This document shows, piece by piece, positions 45,010 through 56,813 of a DNA stretch of 64,000 nt. The stretch's first letter is position 1; every line of letters begins with the position of its first letter. The notes beneath the pieces were generated by a model. The model made no database searches, was not told the DNA's origin, and was given only the letters and a program-made list of their open reading frames with translations. The position numbers were made by a program, and so were the translations under genes. Source of the stretch: an uncultured Alphaproteobacteria bacterium (lineage in GTDB: Bacteria; Pseudomonadota; Alphaproteobacteria; Rhizobiales; Xanthobacteraceae); the NCBI GenBank assembly GCA_963723625.1, contig CAVRRK010000002.1, positions 205,668-269,667 of the forward strand, in the 5' to 3' direction.

Positions 45010-45788
45010 TTAACTGGCCGTGCGGCCGCCGTCGACGGTGTAAGCCGAACCTGAAACGTAGCTTGCCTCATCGGAGGCGAGAAATGCCACCACCGAGGCG
45101 ACCTCGGCGGCAAGCCCCAGCCGGCGCGCGGGAATCCGTTCGACGATCTTCTCGTTCGGCACCGGAGCGTTGCCGGGATTGCGGCCCTCGATGATCGAGC
45201 TCAGCATGCGGCTGTCGATCAATCCCGGACACACGCAATTCACCCGAACATTGGTGCCGGCGCACTCCGTGGCGGCGCTTTTGGTCAGTCCGATCACCGC
45301 ATGCTTGCTGGCGCTATACACGGCGATCTCCGCGGAGCCGATCAGGCCCGCAATCGACGCGGTATTGATGATGCTGCCGCGGTTTTGCTTCAACATCACC
45401 GGTAGCACATGCTTCATGCCAAGAAATACGCCGACCACATTGACATCGAGCACGCGGCGAAACGTCTCAAGAGGATAGCGCACGATCGGCGCGATATCGC
45501 CTTCGATGCCGGCGTTGTTGTAGAACACGTCGATAGCGCCGAATTTGTCCATCGCGGAGCGGACGTATTCGGCGACCTCGTCCTCCTTGTGACATCGGCG
45601 ACAACAGCGTGCGTCTGCGCCGACGCCGGCAAATCCTTGATCGCGGCTTGCAACTGCTTTTCGTCGCGATCGACGGCGACCAGGCGCGCGCCGCGTTCGG
45701 CCAGCAGTTTCATGGTCGCGGTGCCGATCACGCCGGCTGCGCCGGTGACCACGGCGATCCTGCCATCCAGACGAATTCGATCGGTCAT
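45010..45788 (-). CDS. SDR family oxidoreductase (frameshift near 45590)
   Basis: VTGAAGVIG, NNAGIEG, YSASK, VNCVCPG. Confidence 0.9.
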
Positions 45789-45998
45789 GTCCGATGTTTC
45801 CCCTCGCTGCTTCCGGTTGATCCGGAATGTCACGACGCGCAGTATCCGGCGCGCGCCGATCGTCTCGATTTACTATTTCATTTGCGCGATGGCCTGACCA
45901 GCCGTGCCCTTTCCGCGCCGTATTCGCCATGTTAACCGGAAGGCCCCGCAAGCGGCTACACTGCCGCGAGCCCGATTCGCCTGATCAAAGCGCGCGAG

Positions 45999-46946
45999 AT
46001 GTTCCGAACCATTGCCCTGACTGGCCTTGCGGTCCTGCTTGCCGCCGCGATGAGTTCGTTCGCGCCGCCCGCGCGCGCGCAGATCGGCAATATTTTCTCG
46101 GATCCGGCGCCACGCCCGCCCGGCAACATCCCTCGCGGCGGCTACCAGCAGCAGGCACCCGACGATGACGAGGAGGTGCCGGAGTTGCCGCAGGGGCGGC
46201 TATTGCCGACGCCCAATCGTCCGCCGCCGGGGCAGGGTGTCCCTCCGCCGGGATCGGTGTCGTCGCAACCCCTGGCGCCGCCGCCCGGTACCACCGTCAT
46301 TCCGCAAAATGTCCCGCCCGGAATTGCAATAGCGCCTCCGCAGCCCGGTCAGGGCGTTGCCGTCGCGCCGCCCGGGGCCAATCCGCTGCCCGGGTTGCCG
46401 CCCGGTCAGCGTCAGCCCAAAAATCCTCCGGGCGCGGCGGCGACGTTGCAGCCCGGCGATGAGGTCGTCAGCGAACCGCCGGCCTCGAAAATCGTCAACA
46501 AGAAGGCGAGCTTTTCGGGTCTCGACAAGATCACCGGCCGCATCATCAAATTCGATGCCGATATCGGCGAGACCGTTCAGTTCGGCGCGCTGCGAATAAA
46601 AACGGATGCCTGCTACACGCGTCCTGCGACGGAAGCCGCCAACACCGACGCCTTCGTCGAGGTCGACGAAATCACGCTGCAGGGTGAGGTGAAACGGATT
46701 TTTTCCGGCTGGATGTTCGCGGCGAGCCCCGGCCTTCACGGCATCGAGCATCCGATCTACGACATCTGGCTGTCGGACTGCAAAGTACCGGAGGCAACGG
46801 TGGTGAGCGCGCAGCCCGATCCGCCGAAGCCCGCTGCGCCTGCGCCGCAGAAGCGCGCGCCGCCGAAGCAGGCTCCGCGTCCGCCGCCGCCGCCCCAGCC
46901 GCCACCTCCGCCGCAAAACAACTTCTTCCCGCCATTCGGGCGGTAG
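45999..46946 (+). CDS. DUF2155 domain protein
   Basis: [31 protein letters not shown]; usual position beside aat. Confidence 0.88.
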   Translation: MFRTIALTGLAVLLAAAMSSFAPPARAQIGNIFSDPAPRPPGNIPRGGYQQQAPDDDEEVPELPQGRLLPTPNRPPPGQGVPPPGSVSSQPLAPPPGTTVIPQNVPPGIAIAPPQPGQGVAVAPPGANPLPGLPPGQRQPKNPPGAAATLQPGDEVVSEPPASKIVNKKASFSGLDKITGRIIKFDADIGETVQFGALRIKTDACYTRPATEAANTDAFVEVDEITLQGEVKRIFSGWMFAASPGLHGIEHPIYDIWLSDCKVPEATVVSAQPDPPKPAAPAPQKRAPPKQAPRPPPPPQPPPPPQNNFFPPFGR

Positions 46947-46954
46947 GGGTTCGC

Positions 46955-47633
46955 TTAAGCGCGCTCCGCGATGATCTGCATCGCCCTGGCGCCGCTGACG
47001 GGATGATCGATGGGCAGCTTCGAGAAATCGGCAAAGCCCTTGATCGCATCGTCCAGCCGCGCGCAGTAGCGCCGCCGGGATATTTCGGTGGCGCCGAAAC
47101 TGCGCAGATGCTCGGTGACGTATTGCGTGTCGAGCAGCACGAAACCGCCGGCGATCAGCCGCGCCACCAGATGCACCAGCGCCACCTTGGACGCATCGCG
47201 GGCGCGATGAAACATGCTCTCGCCGAAAAACGCGCGGCCGAGACTGACGCCGTATAGATCCGCCGACGAGATCGTCCCCTTGCCAGACCTCGACGCTGTG
47301 ACAATGCGAGAGCTCATGCAGTCCGATGTAGAGATCGCGAATGCGCTTGTTGATCCAGGTGTTGTCGCGGCCGGCCTGCGGCGCCGCGCAGCCGTCGATC
47401 ACGGCCTTGAACGCGGTATTGACCGTGACGCGAAAAATATCCGAGCGGACCGTGCGCGCGAGGCGGGATGTGACGCGAAAGCCGTCGAGCGGAATCACCC
47501 CGCGCATTTCCGGCTCGACCCAGAACAGCGTCGGGTCGTCGACGCTTTCCGCCATCGGAAAGATGCCGCAGGCATAGGCGCGCAGCAGGATTTGCGGCGT
47601 GATTTCAGACGATGCGGAGTCGCGCGAGCCCAT
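46955..47633 (-). CDS. aat: Leucyl/phenylalanyl-tRNA--protein transferase (frameshift)
   Basis: [38 protein letters not shown]. Confidence 0.93.
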
Positions 47634-48769
47634 GTCCGAATGTAGCAAGGAAGCCGCTCGGTCGCGAGGGCCTAACCCGCTCGACGCTGGCTGCGACCGG
47701 TACCGGAGCCGGCGCGTTGACGCGGCGGAAACGCAGAACGATGCGCGTGCCGACATGAACCGGGTCACGCTCGACATTGGCCTCAAGCTTCGACGCCATC
47801 GCGGAGATGATGCGCTGGCCCATGCCGGTGGAGCGCGGATCGGTCTTGACGTTGAGGCCGACGCCGTCGTCGGCGATTGACAATACGAGATCGTTGCCTT
47901 CGGCATGCAGTTCGACATGGATCGGGCCGGCGCCGTCGGGATAGGCGTATTTCACAGCGTTCATCACCAGCTCGTTGACGATGATGCCGATTGCGACAGC
48001 GCGATCAGGATCGATCTCGACCGGCTCGGCCTTCAGCGTCAGCCGCGACATCCGGTTGCCCTCGGCGGAGCGCCGCAGATCTTCAAGCAGTGCTTCGAGA
48101 TACTGGTTCAGCAGCACGCTTTTGAGATCGTGCGAGGTATAGAGCCGGCGATGCACCTGCGCGACGGCGGCGACGCGGCCCATCGCATTGGTCAACGCCG
48201 CCTTGACGTCATCCTGCGTGCTCGAATTGGCCTGCAGGTGCAGCAGCGATGCGATGATCTGGAGAGAATTGCCGACGCGATGGTTGACCTCGCGCAGCAA
48301 CACCTCGCGCTCGGCCGCGAGCGCGGCGTAGCGGTCGCGCGAAGCATGTACTTCGGCCTCGGCATCGTCGCGGGCTTTTTGCAGCCGCGCCTGCCGCAGC
48401 GCGCCTTCCAGGGCAATCTGCAGCAACGGGATGAAGTCGCCCTGCACATCCTTCATCAAATAGTCGGCGGCGCCCGCCTTCAACGCGGTGACGGCGATCT
48501 TGGAATCCTGTGACGCGGTGACGAACACGACCGGCGGCGCATCCGGAATCCTCGATGATGCGTTCCAGCGTCTCCAGACCATCGAGGCCGGGCATGTACT
48601 GATCGAGTGCGACGACGTCGATGCCGCCTTTGGCAATGCGATCGAGGCCTGCTTTTCCATTGGCGGCATGTTCGACGTCAAAGCCGAGCCGCGTCAGGCC
48701 ACGGCTGACGAGCCGCCCCAGCGCCTCGTCATCGTCGATATACAAAAGCTTGGGGAGCGCAGCGGTCAT
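47605..48769 (-). CDS. REC + HisKA_2-type histidine kinase (frameshift; 3' end uncertain)
   Basis: LYIDDD..LDQYMPG receiver; [27 protein letters not shown]. Confidence 0.88.
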
Positions 48770-49206
48770 GTGGCGGCTTGCGGAACCTGAATGACGGAAA
48801 AGAAAAGCCCGAGTTGACGAATAGCGTTGGCGAAGCTTTCGTAATTCACCGGCTTCGTGATGTAGACATTGCAGCCCAGTTCGTAGCAGCGCTTGATTTC
48901 CTGGGCGTCGTCGGTCGTGGTGAGAACGACCACGGGCGCGCATTTCAAGTATTTATTGTCTTTGACGCGGCGCAGGATATCGATGCCGGTCATGTCGGGC
49001 AGATTGAGATCGAGCAATATCAGCCGGGCCTGTCCCTTATGAGAAGATCCAGTGCCGTCTTCACCGAAAAGATAGTTAACCGCAGCTGTACCGTTGGTGA
49101 ACGGAATGATCTCATTGTTGACACCGGAGCGCCGGATATTGCGCTCAATCAGGCGCGCGTGGCCTTCGTCGTCCTCGATCATGATGATGGTGACTGGATT
49201 ATTCAT
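48766..49206 (-). CDS. Response regulator receiver (in frame with the upstream kinase in this sequence)
   Basis: MNNPVTIIMIEDD, LLDLNLPD, YITKP; own agga RBS. Confidence 0.85.
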   Translation of the reverse strand: MNNPVTIIMIEDDEGHARLIERNIRRSGVNNEIIPFTNGTAAVNYLFGEDGTGSSHKGQARLILLDLNLPDMTGIDILRRVKDNKYLKCAPVVVLTTTDDAQEIKRCYELGCNVYITKPVNYESFANAIRQLGLFFSVIQVPQAAT

Positions 49207-50733
49207 GAAGTTCCTGTTCCGGTTAGTGGCCGTCCATGTGGCCGGGAGTGTTATCGTGAATGTGCTGCCGCTGTGAAGTACGGAGGCAACGGTAAGGGTT
49301 CCACCAAGCCGCCGCACCAAGGCGCGAACATGAGCAAGACCGATGCCCTGACCCGGTTTGTCCTGGGTGCCGGCGCGACGAAAAAGGTCAAAGATGCGCT
49401 GGTGATCCGCCGGGTCGATGCCGCGGCCGTTGTCGGTAATCTCAAAGATCGCAAGGCCGGCCATGGTGCGACCCTTGATGGAGATGTCTCCGGGTACGCC
49501 CGGCTTGAGATATTTCAGGGCATTGTCGATCAGGTTTGAAAAAATCTGCTCCACAGCAAGCCGGTCACTGACGATCGCGGGCAGGGGCGCAATCCGGATT
49601 TGAGCGTTGGCCTCGAACGCCTGATGCGCAACGGTCGAAACGATGCTCTCGATCAGTTCTCGGGTCTCGATTTTCACCGGCTTGAATTCGCGGCGGCCTT
49701 CGCGAGTGAGGTTAAGGATCGCCGTGATCAGGCGGTCCATCTTGGCGATCGAGGATTTGATGAAGCCGAGCGCCTCGGTGAAGTCCTGCGACAGTTGCTT
49801 GTCGGGACCTTCAAGCAACGGTTCGGCATCACTCGAAGCGTCCACAGCCGGCACCGCCGCCGATCCAGCGGAACCAAGCGTGGAAATTCGCCTGAATATA
49901 TCGCCTCGCAGTTCCTCGAGCTCGCTGGTGAACCCCATGATGTTGACCAGCGGCGAACGCAGATCGTGGCTCACAATGTAAGCGAAGCGCTGGATTTCCT
50001 CATTGGCTTCGCGCAGGTCGGCGGTACGTTCCTGCACGCTTGATTCCAGATTGACATTGTTGTCACGCAATTGCGCTTCGGCCTCGTCCCGGGCGCGCGA
50101 GGAACGCCGAACGAGAAAAATCGAAATTCCGGCGAGCGTCACAACGAGGCCGGAGCCGGCCACGGTTACGATCGATGCCAGGAGCTGCGTGCGATCTGCT
50201 TTTGTGGTGCGTAGCGCAAACAGACGATCTTCCTCGGCGCGCATTTTGCTTGCGAGATCGCCGACCGACCGAACGGCCTCGCTTGGTCCGGCGCTGCGTA
50301 GCATTTCAATGCCGCCTGCCAGGTCGTTGCGTTTTGCGAACTCCATCGCGCGCGCAAGCTCGGCCAGCCGCGACCGCACCGCCGGCGCAGCTTCGTGGTC
50401 GCAGTCGACCTGAACCGGATTGTCGTTGGTCAACGTTGTCAGTTTTTCTACGTCGGGAAGGATGTTGGCGATCGCATCCTCATACCCACTGAGGAAGCGT
50501 GGCTCCGAAGTGAGCAAATATCCTCGCGCGGCACTTTCAGCGCGGCGGATTTCAAGCAGCAGCCCGGAGATCTGATTTTCGACCTCGACGGTGTGCACGA
50601 CCAGGGAACTGTCCTCGCGGGCCTGATTGACGAGCACGACCGAGCTTGTGCTGATTGCGACCAGCACCACAAATCCCGCCGCGAGCAGCAGGATCTGTCC
50701 GATCGCACGCTTGCGAGCGGCCTCAGGAGTCAC
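49207..50733 (-). CDS. CHASE3 sensor histidine kinase
   Basis: TM-AESAARGYLLT-TM, YIVSHDLRSPL, NLIDNALKY, GQGIGL. Confidence 0.9.
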
Positions 50734-50852
50734 AATAATTTTCGCATTACTACCGGATGTATCCCCGCGCCGGGAACTTCCGGGCGCGACCACGAAACGC
50801 GCCTGACATTGAAAGGTTCCGCAAGCCAACGAAATTTATCGAACATTTGGCC

Positions 50853-52202
50853 TTACTGTGCGGCCTGCCCGGCAAGATATTGCTCGAGCCAGTGGATATG
50901 GTAGTCGCCGTCGATGATAGCAGGCTCTCGCACCAGCGCCCTGAACAGCGGCAGCGTGGTTTCAATTCCGTCGACGACCATTTCGTCCAGCGCGCGGCGC
51001 AGCCGCATCAGGCATTCGGCGCGGGTCTTGCCGTGGACGATCAGCTTGCCGACGAGCGAGTCGTAATAGGGCGGGATCACGTAGCCCTGGTAGACGGCTG
51101 AATCGATCCGGACGCCGAGGCCGCCGGGTGGATGATACTGCAAGATCTTGCCGGGCGAGGGCCGAAAGCTCACCGGATTTTCTGCGTTGATGCGGCATTC
51201 GATCGAATGGCCGGTGATGATGACTTCGTCCTGCTTCACCGGCAGGTCGCCGCCCGCCGCGATCCGTATCTGTTCCAGCACGAGATCGATGTCGGTGATC
51301 ATCTCGGTGACGGGATGTTCGACCTGGATACGTGTGTTCATTTCGATGAAATAGAATTCGCCGTCCTCGTAGAGAAATTCGACGGTGCCGACGCCGAGAT
51401 ATTTCATCTCCTGCATGGCCTTGGCGACGGTGGCGCCGATCTTGTTCCGCGCAGCGGCGCTGAGAACCGGAGAGGGGCCTTCCTCCCAGATTTTCTGGTG
51501 GCGTCGCTGCAGGGAGCAGTCCCGCTCGCCGAGATGGATGGCGCCGCCGCGGCCGTCACCGAGCACCTGGATTTCGATGTGGCGCGGCTTCTGCAGATAT
51601 TTTTCGAGATAGACCGAGGCGTCACCGAATGCGGCTTTTGCTTCCGCACCCGCGGTGGACAGCGCCAGCATCAGGTCGTCCGCCGTCTGCGCCACCTTCA
51701 TGCCGCGGCCGCCGCCGCCGGAGGCGGCTTTGACCAACACCGGAAACCCGATCGATTGCGCGATCGCCATCGCATCGTCTTCGGCTCCGACGCCGCCATC
51801 GGAACCTGGCACCACGGGAATGCCGAGCTTCTTCGCGGTCTTCTTGGCTTCGATCTTGTCGCCCATCAGGCGGATGTGTTCGGCCTTGGGTCCGATGAAA
51901 TGCAGATTGTGATCGGCGAGAATTTCCGCGAATCGCGCGTTCTCCGACAGGAAGCCGTAACCGGGATGCACGGCGTCGGCGCCGGTGATCTCGCAGGCGG
52001 CGAGCAGCGCGGGAATGTTGAGATAACTGTCCTTGGATGGCGGCGGGCCGATGCAGACGCTTTCGTCGGCAAGGCGTACATGCATGGCGTCGGCGTCGGC
52101 GGTGGAATGCACGGCGACGGTGGCAATGCCCAATTCCTTGCAGGCGCGCAGCACGCGCAATGCGATCTCGCCGCGATTGGCTATCAGGATTTTATCGAAC
52201 AT
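50853..52202 (-). CDS. accC: Acetyl-CoA carboxylase biotin carboxylase
   Basis: [47 protein letters not shown]. Confidence 0.97.
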   Translation of the reverse strand: MFDKILIANRGEIALRVLRACKELGIATVAVHSTADADAMHVRLADESVCIGPPPSKDSYLNIPALLAACEITGADAVHPGYGFLSENARFAEILADHNLHFIGPKAEHIRLMGDKIEAKKTAKKLGIPVVPGSDGGVGAEDDAMAIAQSIGFPVLVKAASGGGGRGMKVAQTADDLMLALSTAGAEAKAAFGDASVYLEKYLQKPRHIEIQVLGDGRGGAIHLGERDCSLQRRHQKIWEEGPSPVLSAAARNKIGATVAKAMQEMKYLGVGTVEFLYEDGEFYFIEMNTRIQVEHPVTEMITDIDLVLEQIRIAAGGDLPVKQDEVIITGHSIECRINAENPVSFRPSPGKILQYHPPGGLGVRIDSAVYQGYVIPPYYDSLVGKLIVHGKTRAECLMRLRRALDEMVVDGIETTLPLFRALVREPAIIDGDYHIHWLEQYLAGQAAQ

Positions 52203-52230
52203 CGCGCGCCTGCAGGTCGAGAAGCATCAT

Positions 52231-52720
52231 TCAATGATCGACCAGCGGTTCGTCGAACTCGACGGGCTGGCCATCCTCGACGAGAATTTGCGTCACGGTG
52301 CCGGCGCGCGGCGATGGAATTTGATTCATCGTCTTCATCGCTTCGATGATCACCAGCGTCTGGCCGAGGGCCACCTTGCTGCCGATCTCAATGAACGGGC
52401 GCGCACCGGGCTCGGAGGCCCAATACACCGTGCCGACCATGGGCGAGGGCACCATGCCGGGATGCTTGGCGAGATCGCCAGTACCGGCTGGACCAGCAGC
52501 AGCAGTCGACGCGGCGGCGGGCGCATAATGCGCCGGAATCGACGATGCAACACTGAGATTGCGGGCCACCCGAACCCGCAGCCCTGCGCGTTCGATCTCT
52601 ATTTCCGATGAGATTGGTCTCGTCGAGCAGCGACGCCAGTTGGCGAACGAGCGCGCTGTCGTCGCTCAAGTTTCCGCTGCTTTTGATTTTTCCTTGGGTG
52701 TCTTCAGGCTTGCGCGCCAT
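52231..52720 (-). CDS. accB: Biotin carboxyl carrier protein (frameshifted)
   Basis: SPMVGT, EAMKTMN biotinylation site; between aroQ and accC. Confidence 0.94.
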
Positions 52721-52759
52721 GTCCTGATCCGAAACTTTCTGTTGATGGGCGAGACAGCG

Positions 52760-53242
52760 TCAGCCTTTTGACGCCGGGCCGACTGGCTTGATGCCGATTT
52801 TGGCGGCGAGGCCGTTGATCGCGAGCCGGTATCCGTCGATGCCGAAGCCGCAAAGGATTGCGAAGGCGGCTTTGGCGGTGAACGAATGATGACGAAAATT
52901 CTCGCGGGCGTGAATGTTACTGATGTGCACTTCCACCGTCGGAATTTTCACCGCCATCAGCGCGTCATGTAACGCGATCGAGCTATGGGAATAGGCTCCG
53001 GCATTGATGACAATGCCAACTGCATTCTTGGCGCGCGCGTCATGAACGAAATCGATCAGCTCGCCCTCGCGGTTGGATTGCCGGCAATCGGCGCTCAGAC
53101 CGTAAGTCGCAGCGGTTTCGCCGCACAGCTTCTCGACATCGGCCAGCGTGGCATCTCCGTACATTTCCGGCTCGCGGGTTCCCAGCAAATTCAGGTTCGG
53201 GCCGTTCAGTACGTAGATTGTCCTGGCAACAGTCTTGGCCAT
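52760..53242 (-). CDS. aroQ: Type II 3-dehydroquinate dehydratase
   Basis: [19 protein letters not shown], [15 protein letters not shown]. Confidence 0.96.
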   Translation of the reverse strand: MAKTVARTIYVLNGPNLNLLGTREPEMYGDATLADVEKLCGETAATYGLSADCRQSNREGELIDFVHDARAKNAVGIVINAGAYSHSSIALHDALMAVKIPTVEVHISNIHARENFRHHSFTAKAAFAILCGFGIDGYRLAINGLAAKIGIKPVGPASKG

Positions 53243-53407
53243 TCAGAATCCGGGCAAATGATGCGGTTATGGGGAGTTTATAGGGAACAAGCGCGCCTAG
53301 GGGAAGCCTTCGGGCCAGCCACGGGCGCCTGGTCCCGTGCTCATTGATGCGCTCGTGGGAAACGAGCTGGCTAGATGAAGCCGGCTAAGAAAGTTGAGAA
53401 AACACAT

Positions 53408-53438
53408 CAGCCCCCGCCGAAGGCTCGGCGGAGGCTGG
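53408..53438. terminator. Probable terminator hairpin
   Basis: cagcccccgccga..tcggcggaggctg downstream of 53464..54261. Confidence 0.55.
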
Positions 53439-53463
53439 TTTGATACGAAAGGCCGCGAGCTTA

Positions 53464-54261
53464 TCAGCCTTCGATGATGTAAACGATCTCATGCGTCTGC
53501 GGGCGCAGGATGATGTACCTGCCGTGCACGAGGATAAAATCGTAACCGCGCCACTCCGGATAGATTTCGACGATCCGGGACGGAAGCGGATAATAGTGCA
53601 CGGACGACGGCACCCTCGTACCCACGGAGATGTTGAAGTTCACGTTTTTGACCTCCTCCACCTTCTCCGACTTGATGGCAGATACGATCTGGGTCCGTTT
53701 TTCGGCAGGAGGTGCTGCGGTTGCAGAGGTCGCGGCGTTACCCGTCGTCTTGCTTTCGCTGGTGTTTGAGCCAGCCTTGTTGTCAGCCGTGCCTTTAGTG
53801 TCGGTTGTGCCCTTGCTGTCGGCGGCGCTCTTGGTGTCCGCCTTATCCTTACCCTCGGCCGCGCCCCTGTTTTCGGCGGCACTCTTGCCCTTGGCGTCGG
53901 AGGCGCCATTGCGGGAGTCAGCGTTCATGCCGCCTTTTTGACCCGCGCTACCTTCGGCCTTCATGTCTTTGCCGGCGGCATTCCCGGGCGTGCTCTCCTG
54001 AGCGCGCGGCCCAGTGCCCCCTTCGCGTTGCATGGCTCCGCCCGGCGCCTTGGTTCCCGCGTTGGCAGGCGCGCCGCTCTTTGACGCGTCGTTATGGTTC
54101 ATCGCACCGCCAGATGAGCCGCCCGCAGCTGGGGCGCCCGCAGCTGGGGCGCTTTGCTGTGCTGCTCCACCGGCCTGGCCCCCGGGCGCCTGTGCACTCG
54201 CAACTCCAGCCCCGGCAAGCAGCGCCGCGGCCGCAACAGAAATCAGAAAACGTTTATTCAT
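53464..54261 (-). CDS. DUF1236 domain secreted protein
   Basis: Signal peptide, low-complexity linker, ISVGTRVP..YPEWRGYDFI..IVYII. Confidence 0.85.
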   Translation of the reverse strand: MNKRFLISVAAAALLAGAGVASAQAPGGQAGGAAQQSAPAAGAPAAGGSSGGAMNHNDASKSGAPANAGTKAPGGAMQREGGTGPRAQESTPGNAAGKDMKAEGSAGQKGGMNADSRNGASDAKGKSAAENRGAAEGKDKADTKSAADSKGTTDTKGTADNKAGSNTSESKTTGNAATSATAAPPAEKRTQIVSAIKSEKVEEVKNVNFNISVGTRVPSSVHYYPLPSRIVEIYPEWRGYDFILVHGRYIILRPQTHEIVYIIEG

Positions 54262-54453
54262 CGAAATCTCCTCTCATTGCATTGCCCGCGCCGACAACGA
54301 CAGGAGGTACTCCGATGTTCCGCGCCGATGCGCGAACAGGCGCATATTTATTCGGCGCGTGAACGCGGTTCCACTATTGGCTTTGACGCCGAGGTAACGC
54401 CGCCGCGCTGCTAGCCCGCTGTTAAAGTCAGGAGCTGGAAATCAGTCGTCCCG

Positions 54454-55221
54454 TCAGCAGGTTTCCTTGCCGCAACGGGCAAGGCCGACCTTCTCCTTGA
54501 GGCCATCAAGGCCTATGGCGCCGACGACAACCTGCTTGCCGATGACGTAGCTCGGCGTACCGTTCATGCCCATGTCTTCGGCGAGCTTGAAGTTCTCGGC
54601 GATGGTGGCGCGCACTTCAGGACTTGCAAGATCCTTCTCCATACGCGCCATGTCGAAGCCGGCATCTTTCGCGGCCGCCATCGCGTGCGCCTTGTCGGCC
54701 TGTCCACGGCCGCCGAGCAGCTTCTGGTGGAAGTCGAGATATTTCTTGCCGCCGGGATCCTGCATTCGCGCCGCGACCGCCACCTGTGCGGCCTCGACGG
54801 AACCAGGTCCGAGTACGGGAAATTCCTTCAGCACGACCTTGAGCTTCGGATCGGCTTTCATCAGTTCAAGCATGTCGCCCATCGCGCGCTTGCAGTAGCC
54901 GCAATTGTAATCGAAAAACTCGACAAAGGTGACGTCGCCGTCCTTGTTGCCAAGCGTGACGCCGCGCGGCGAGTTGAAAATAGTATCTGCGTTCTTCGCA
55001 ACCGCGGCCTCGTGCTTTTCGGTCTCGGCGGCGGACTGGCGCTTGCTCAATTCCGCCATTGCCTCTTCCAGCACTTCCGGGTGCGCGATCAGATAGCTCC
55101 GGACAATCGTCTCGATGTCACCGCGCTGGCCGTCGGAAAAACTTTGCGCGGATGCAGCCATCGGCGCGCCGCACAGCGCGAGCGCGCAAACAGCCGGGGC
55201 GAAAAAGCGGAACGAAAACAT
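54454..55221 (-). CDS. DsbA family thiol-disulfide oxidoreductase
   Basis: EFFDYNCGYCK, KEFPVLG, GTPSYV. Confidence 0.93.
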   Translation of the reverse strand: MFSFRFFAPAVCALALCGAPMAASAQSFSDGQRGDIETIVRSYLIAHPEVLEEAMAELSKRQSAAETEKHEAAVAKNADTIFNSPRGVTLGNKDGDVTFVEFFDYNCGYCKRAMGDMLELMKADPKLKVVLKEFPVLGPGSVEAAQVAVAARMQDPGGKKYLDFHQKLLGGRGQADKAHAMAAAKDAGFDMARMEKDLASPEVRATIAENFKLAEDMGMNGTPSYVIGKQVVVGAIGLDGLKEKVGLARCGKETC

Positions 55222-55276
55222 GGCAGCATCCTTTGTGAATTCAGGTTTCCGAGAGGTATACGGCTTGACGTATGAA

Positions 55277-56696
55277 TTAGTTGTTCTTTTGTCCGGGCGG
55301 AGCCTTGGCGGAGACGATATCGTCGGCCTTGACCCAACCGGGGGTGCCGATAGCGAAACGGGTCTTGGCGCGCGAGGCGAGCTCGCGTGCGGTCTTGTTG
55401 TCCCCGCGCAGGAAGGCGGCCTGCGCCGATGCCAGATCGGCGTCCGCGAGGTCTCCCTTGCGGCCATAAGCCATCGCCAGTTGGGTATAACCTAGCGGCG
55501 CTTCCGTCTCCTTCGCCACCGCGGCGCGCAGAATCGAAATCGCCTCCTCGGCATAGGCCCTCTTATCGGACGCCACGAGCGCTTGCCCAAGTAACATCTC
55601 GATGAGCGGCGCGTTGCTGGAAAGCTGCACGGCGCGGCGTAATGGCGCAATTGCCTCCGTAGGGTGTCCGCCCTCCAAGCAGGGCCTGCCCGCGCAATTC
55701 ATAAAAATAGGGATTGGCCGGCTGCCCCTGAATCAGCGCGTCGATCTGGGCGAGCGCGGTACGCAACTCGCCATGCCGGTACGTCGCGATGGCGTGCGCG
55801 TAACGGGCGGGCAGGCTGTCGTTGGAGAGGGGATAGCGCCGATAGACCGTGTCGGACGGCTCCATAAAGGCCGAGGTTTTGGCGCGCGCCATGTCGTGGC
55901 GCAATTGCAGCGCGGGATCGTCCTTCTTGTCCCAATACGGGCTTGATCGCGCCAGTTCTTCCAGAGCCGCGACACGCTCGGCAGGCATCGGATGCGACTG
56001 CACATAGGGGTCCGCGCCACGCGCGGCAAACAGGCTTTCATCGGTGAAGCGTTTGAAGGTTTCGTACATCCCCTTGGCCGACTGCCCGGTGGCCGTCAAA
56101 AACTTGACCCCGGCACGATCAGCGTTTTCTTCCTGCTGGCGCTGATAGGAAAGCAGCGTGCGCCGGATCGCTTCCTGTGGCGCGGAGATGGCCGCCATGC
56201 CGATATTACTGGCGCCACTATTGGCGTTGCCGCTTTTGGAGCCGGCCACCAGGGCGCCGACGCCGAGCAGCATGGCGACGATCATCTGGGTTTGAGCCTG
56301 GGCCAGCTGCGCGCGCAGCTTGGAGAGGTGACCGCCGGCAAGATGACCGGTTTCGTGCGCCAGAACCCCGATCAACTGATTGGGCGTCTGCGATTGCATG
56401 ATCGCGCCGTAGTTGACGAAGATGCGGTGGCCGTCCGCCACAAACGCGTTGAACGACTTGTCGTTGATGATGGAAATCTGGATGTTCTGCTTCTCGAGAC
56501 CTGCCGTCCGCAGGACCGGCCGGCTGTAATCGCGGAGCAATTGCTCGATTTCGGTATCGCGCAGCAGCGGAAGCCCCTCTGCGTGGACCGGGCCCGCCAT
56601 CGGGGCGAGCGCAAGCGCGGCCACGGTCAAGAGCGCCGTCAGCTTCGAAACTTTTCCGGGCGCGCTTTTACCGAGGCACTGCAAGAGGTGTTTCAT
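55277..56696 (-). CDS. M48 family metalloprotease with TPRs (frameshift near 55670)
   Basis: FNAF, LAHETGH, QEENADR, SHPMPAERV. Confidence 0.92.
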
Positions 56697-56813
56697 CGTG
56701 GCCGTAGTCTGGATAAGTTATTTGCCCTAACAAGCCAGCGAATGCGGCGGCAGCGCGGCGTTGAAGCTGATCCGTTCCAGAACTGAAACAGGCCTGATTG
56801 GTACCAGATATCC

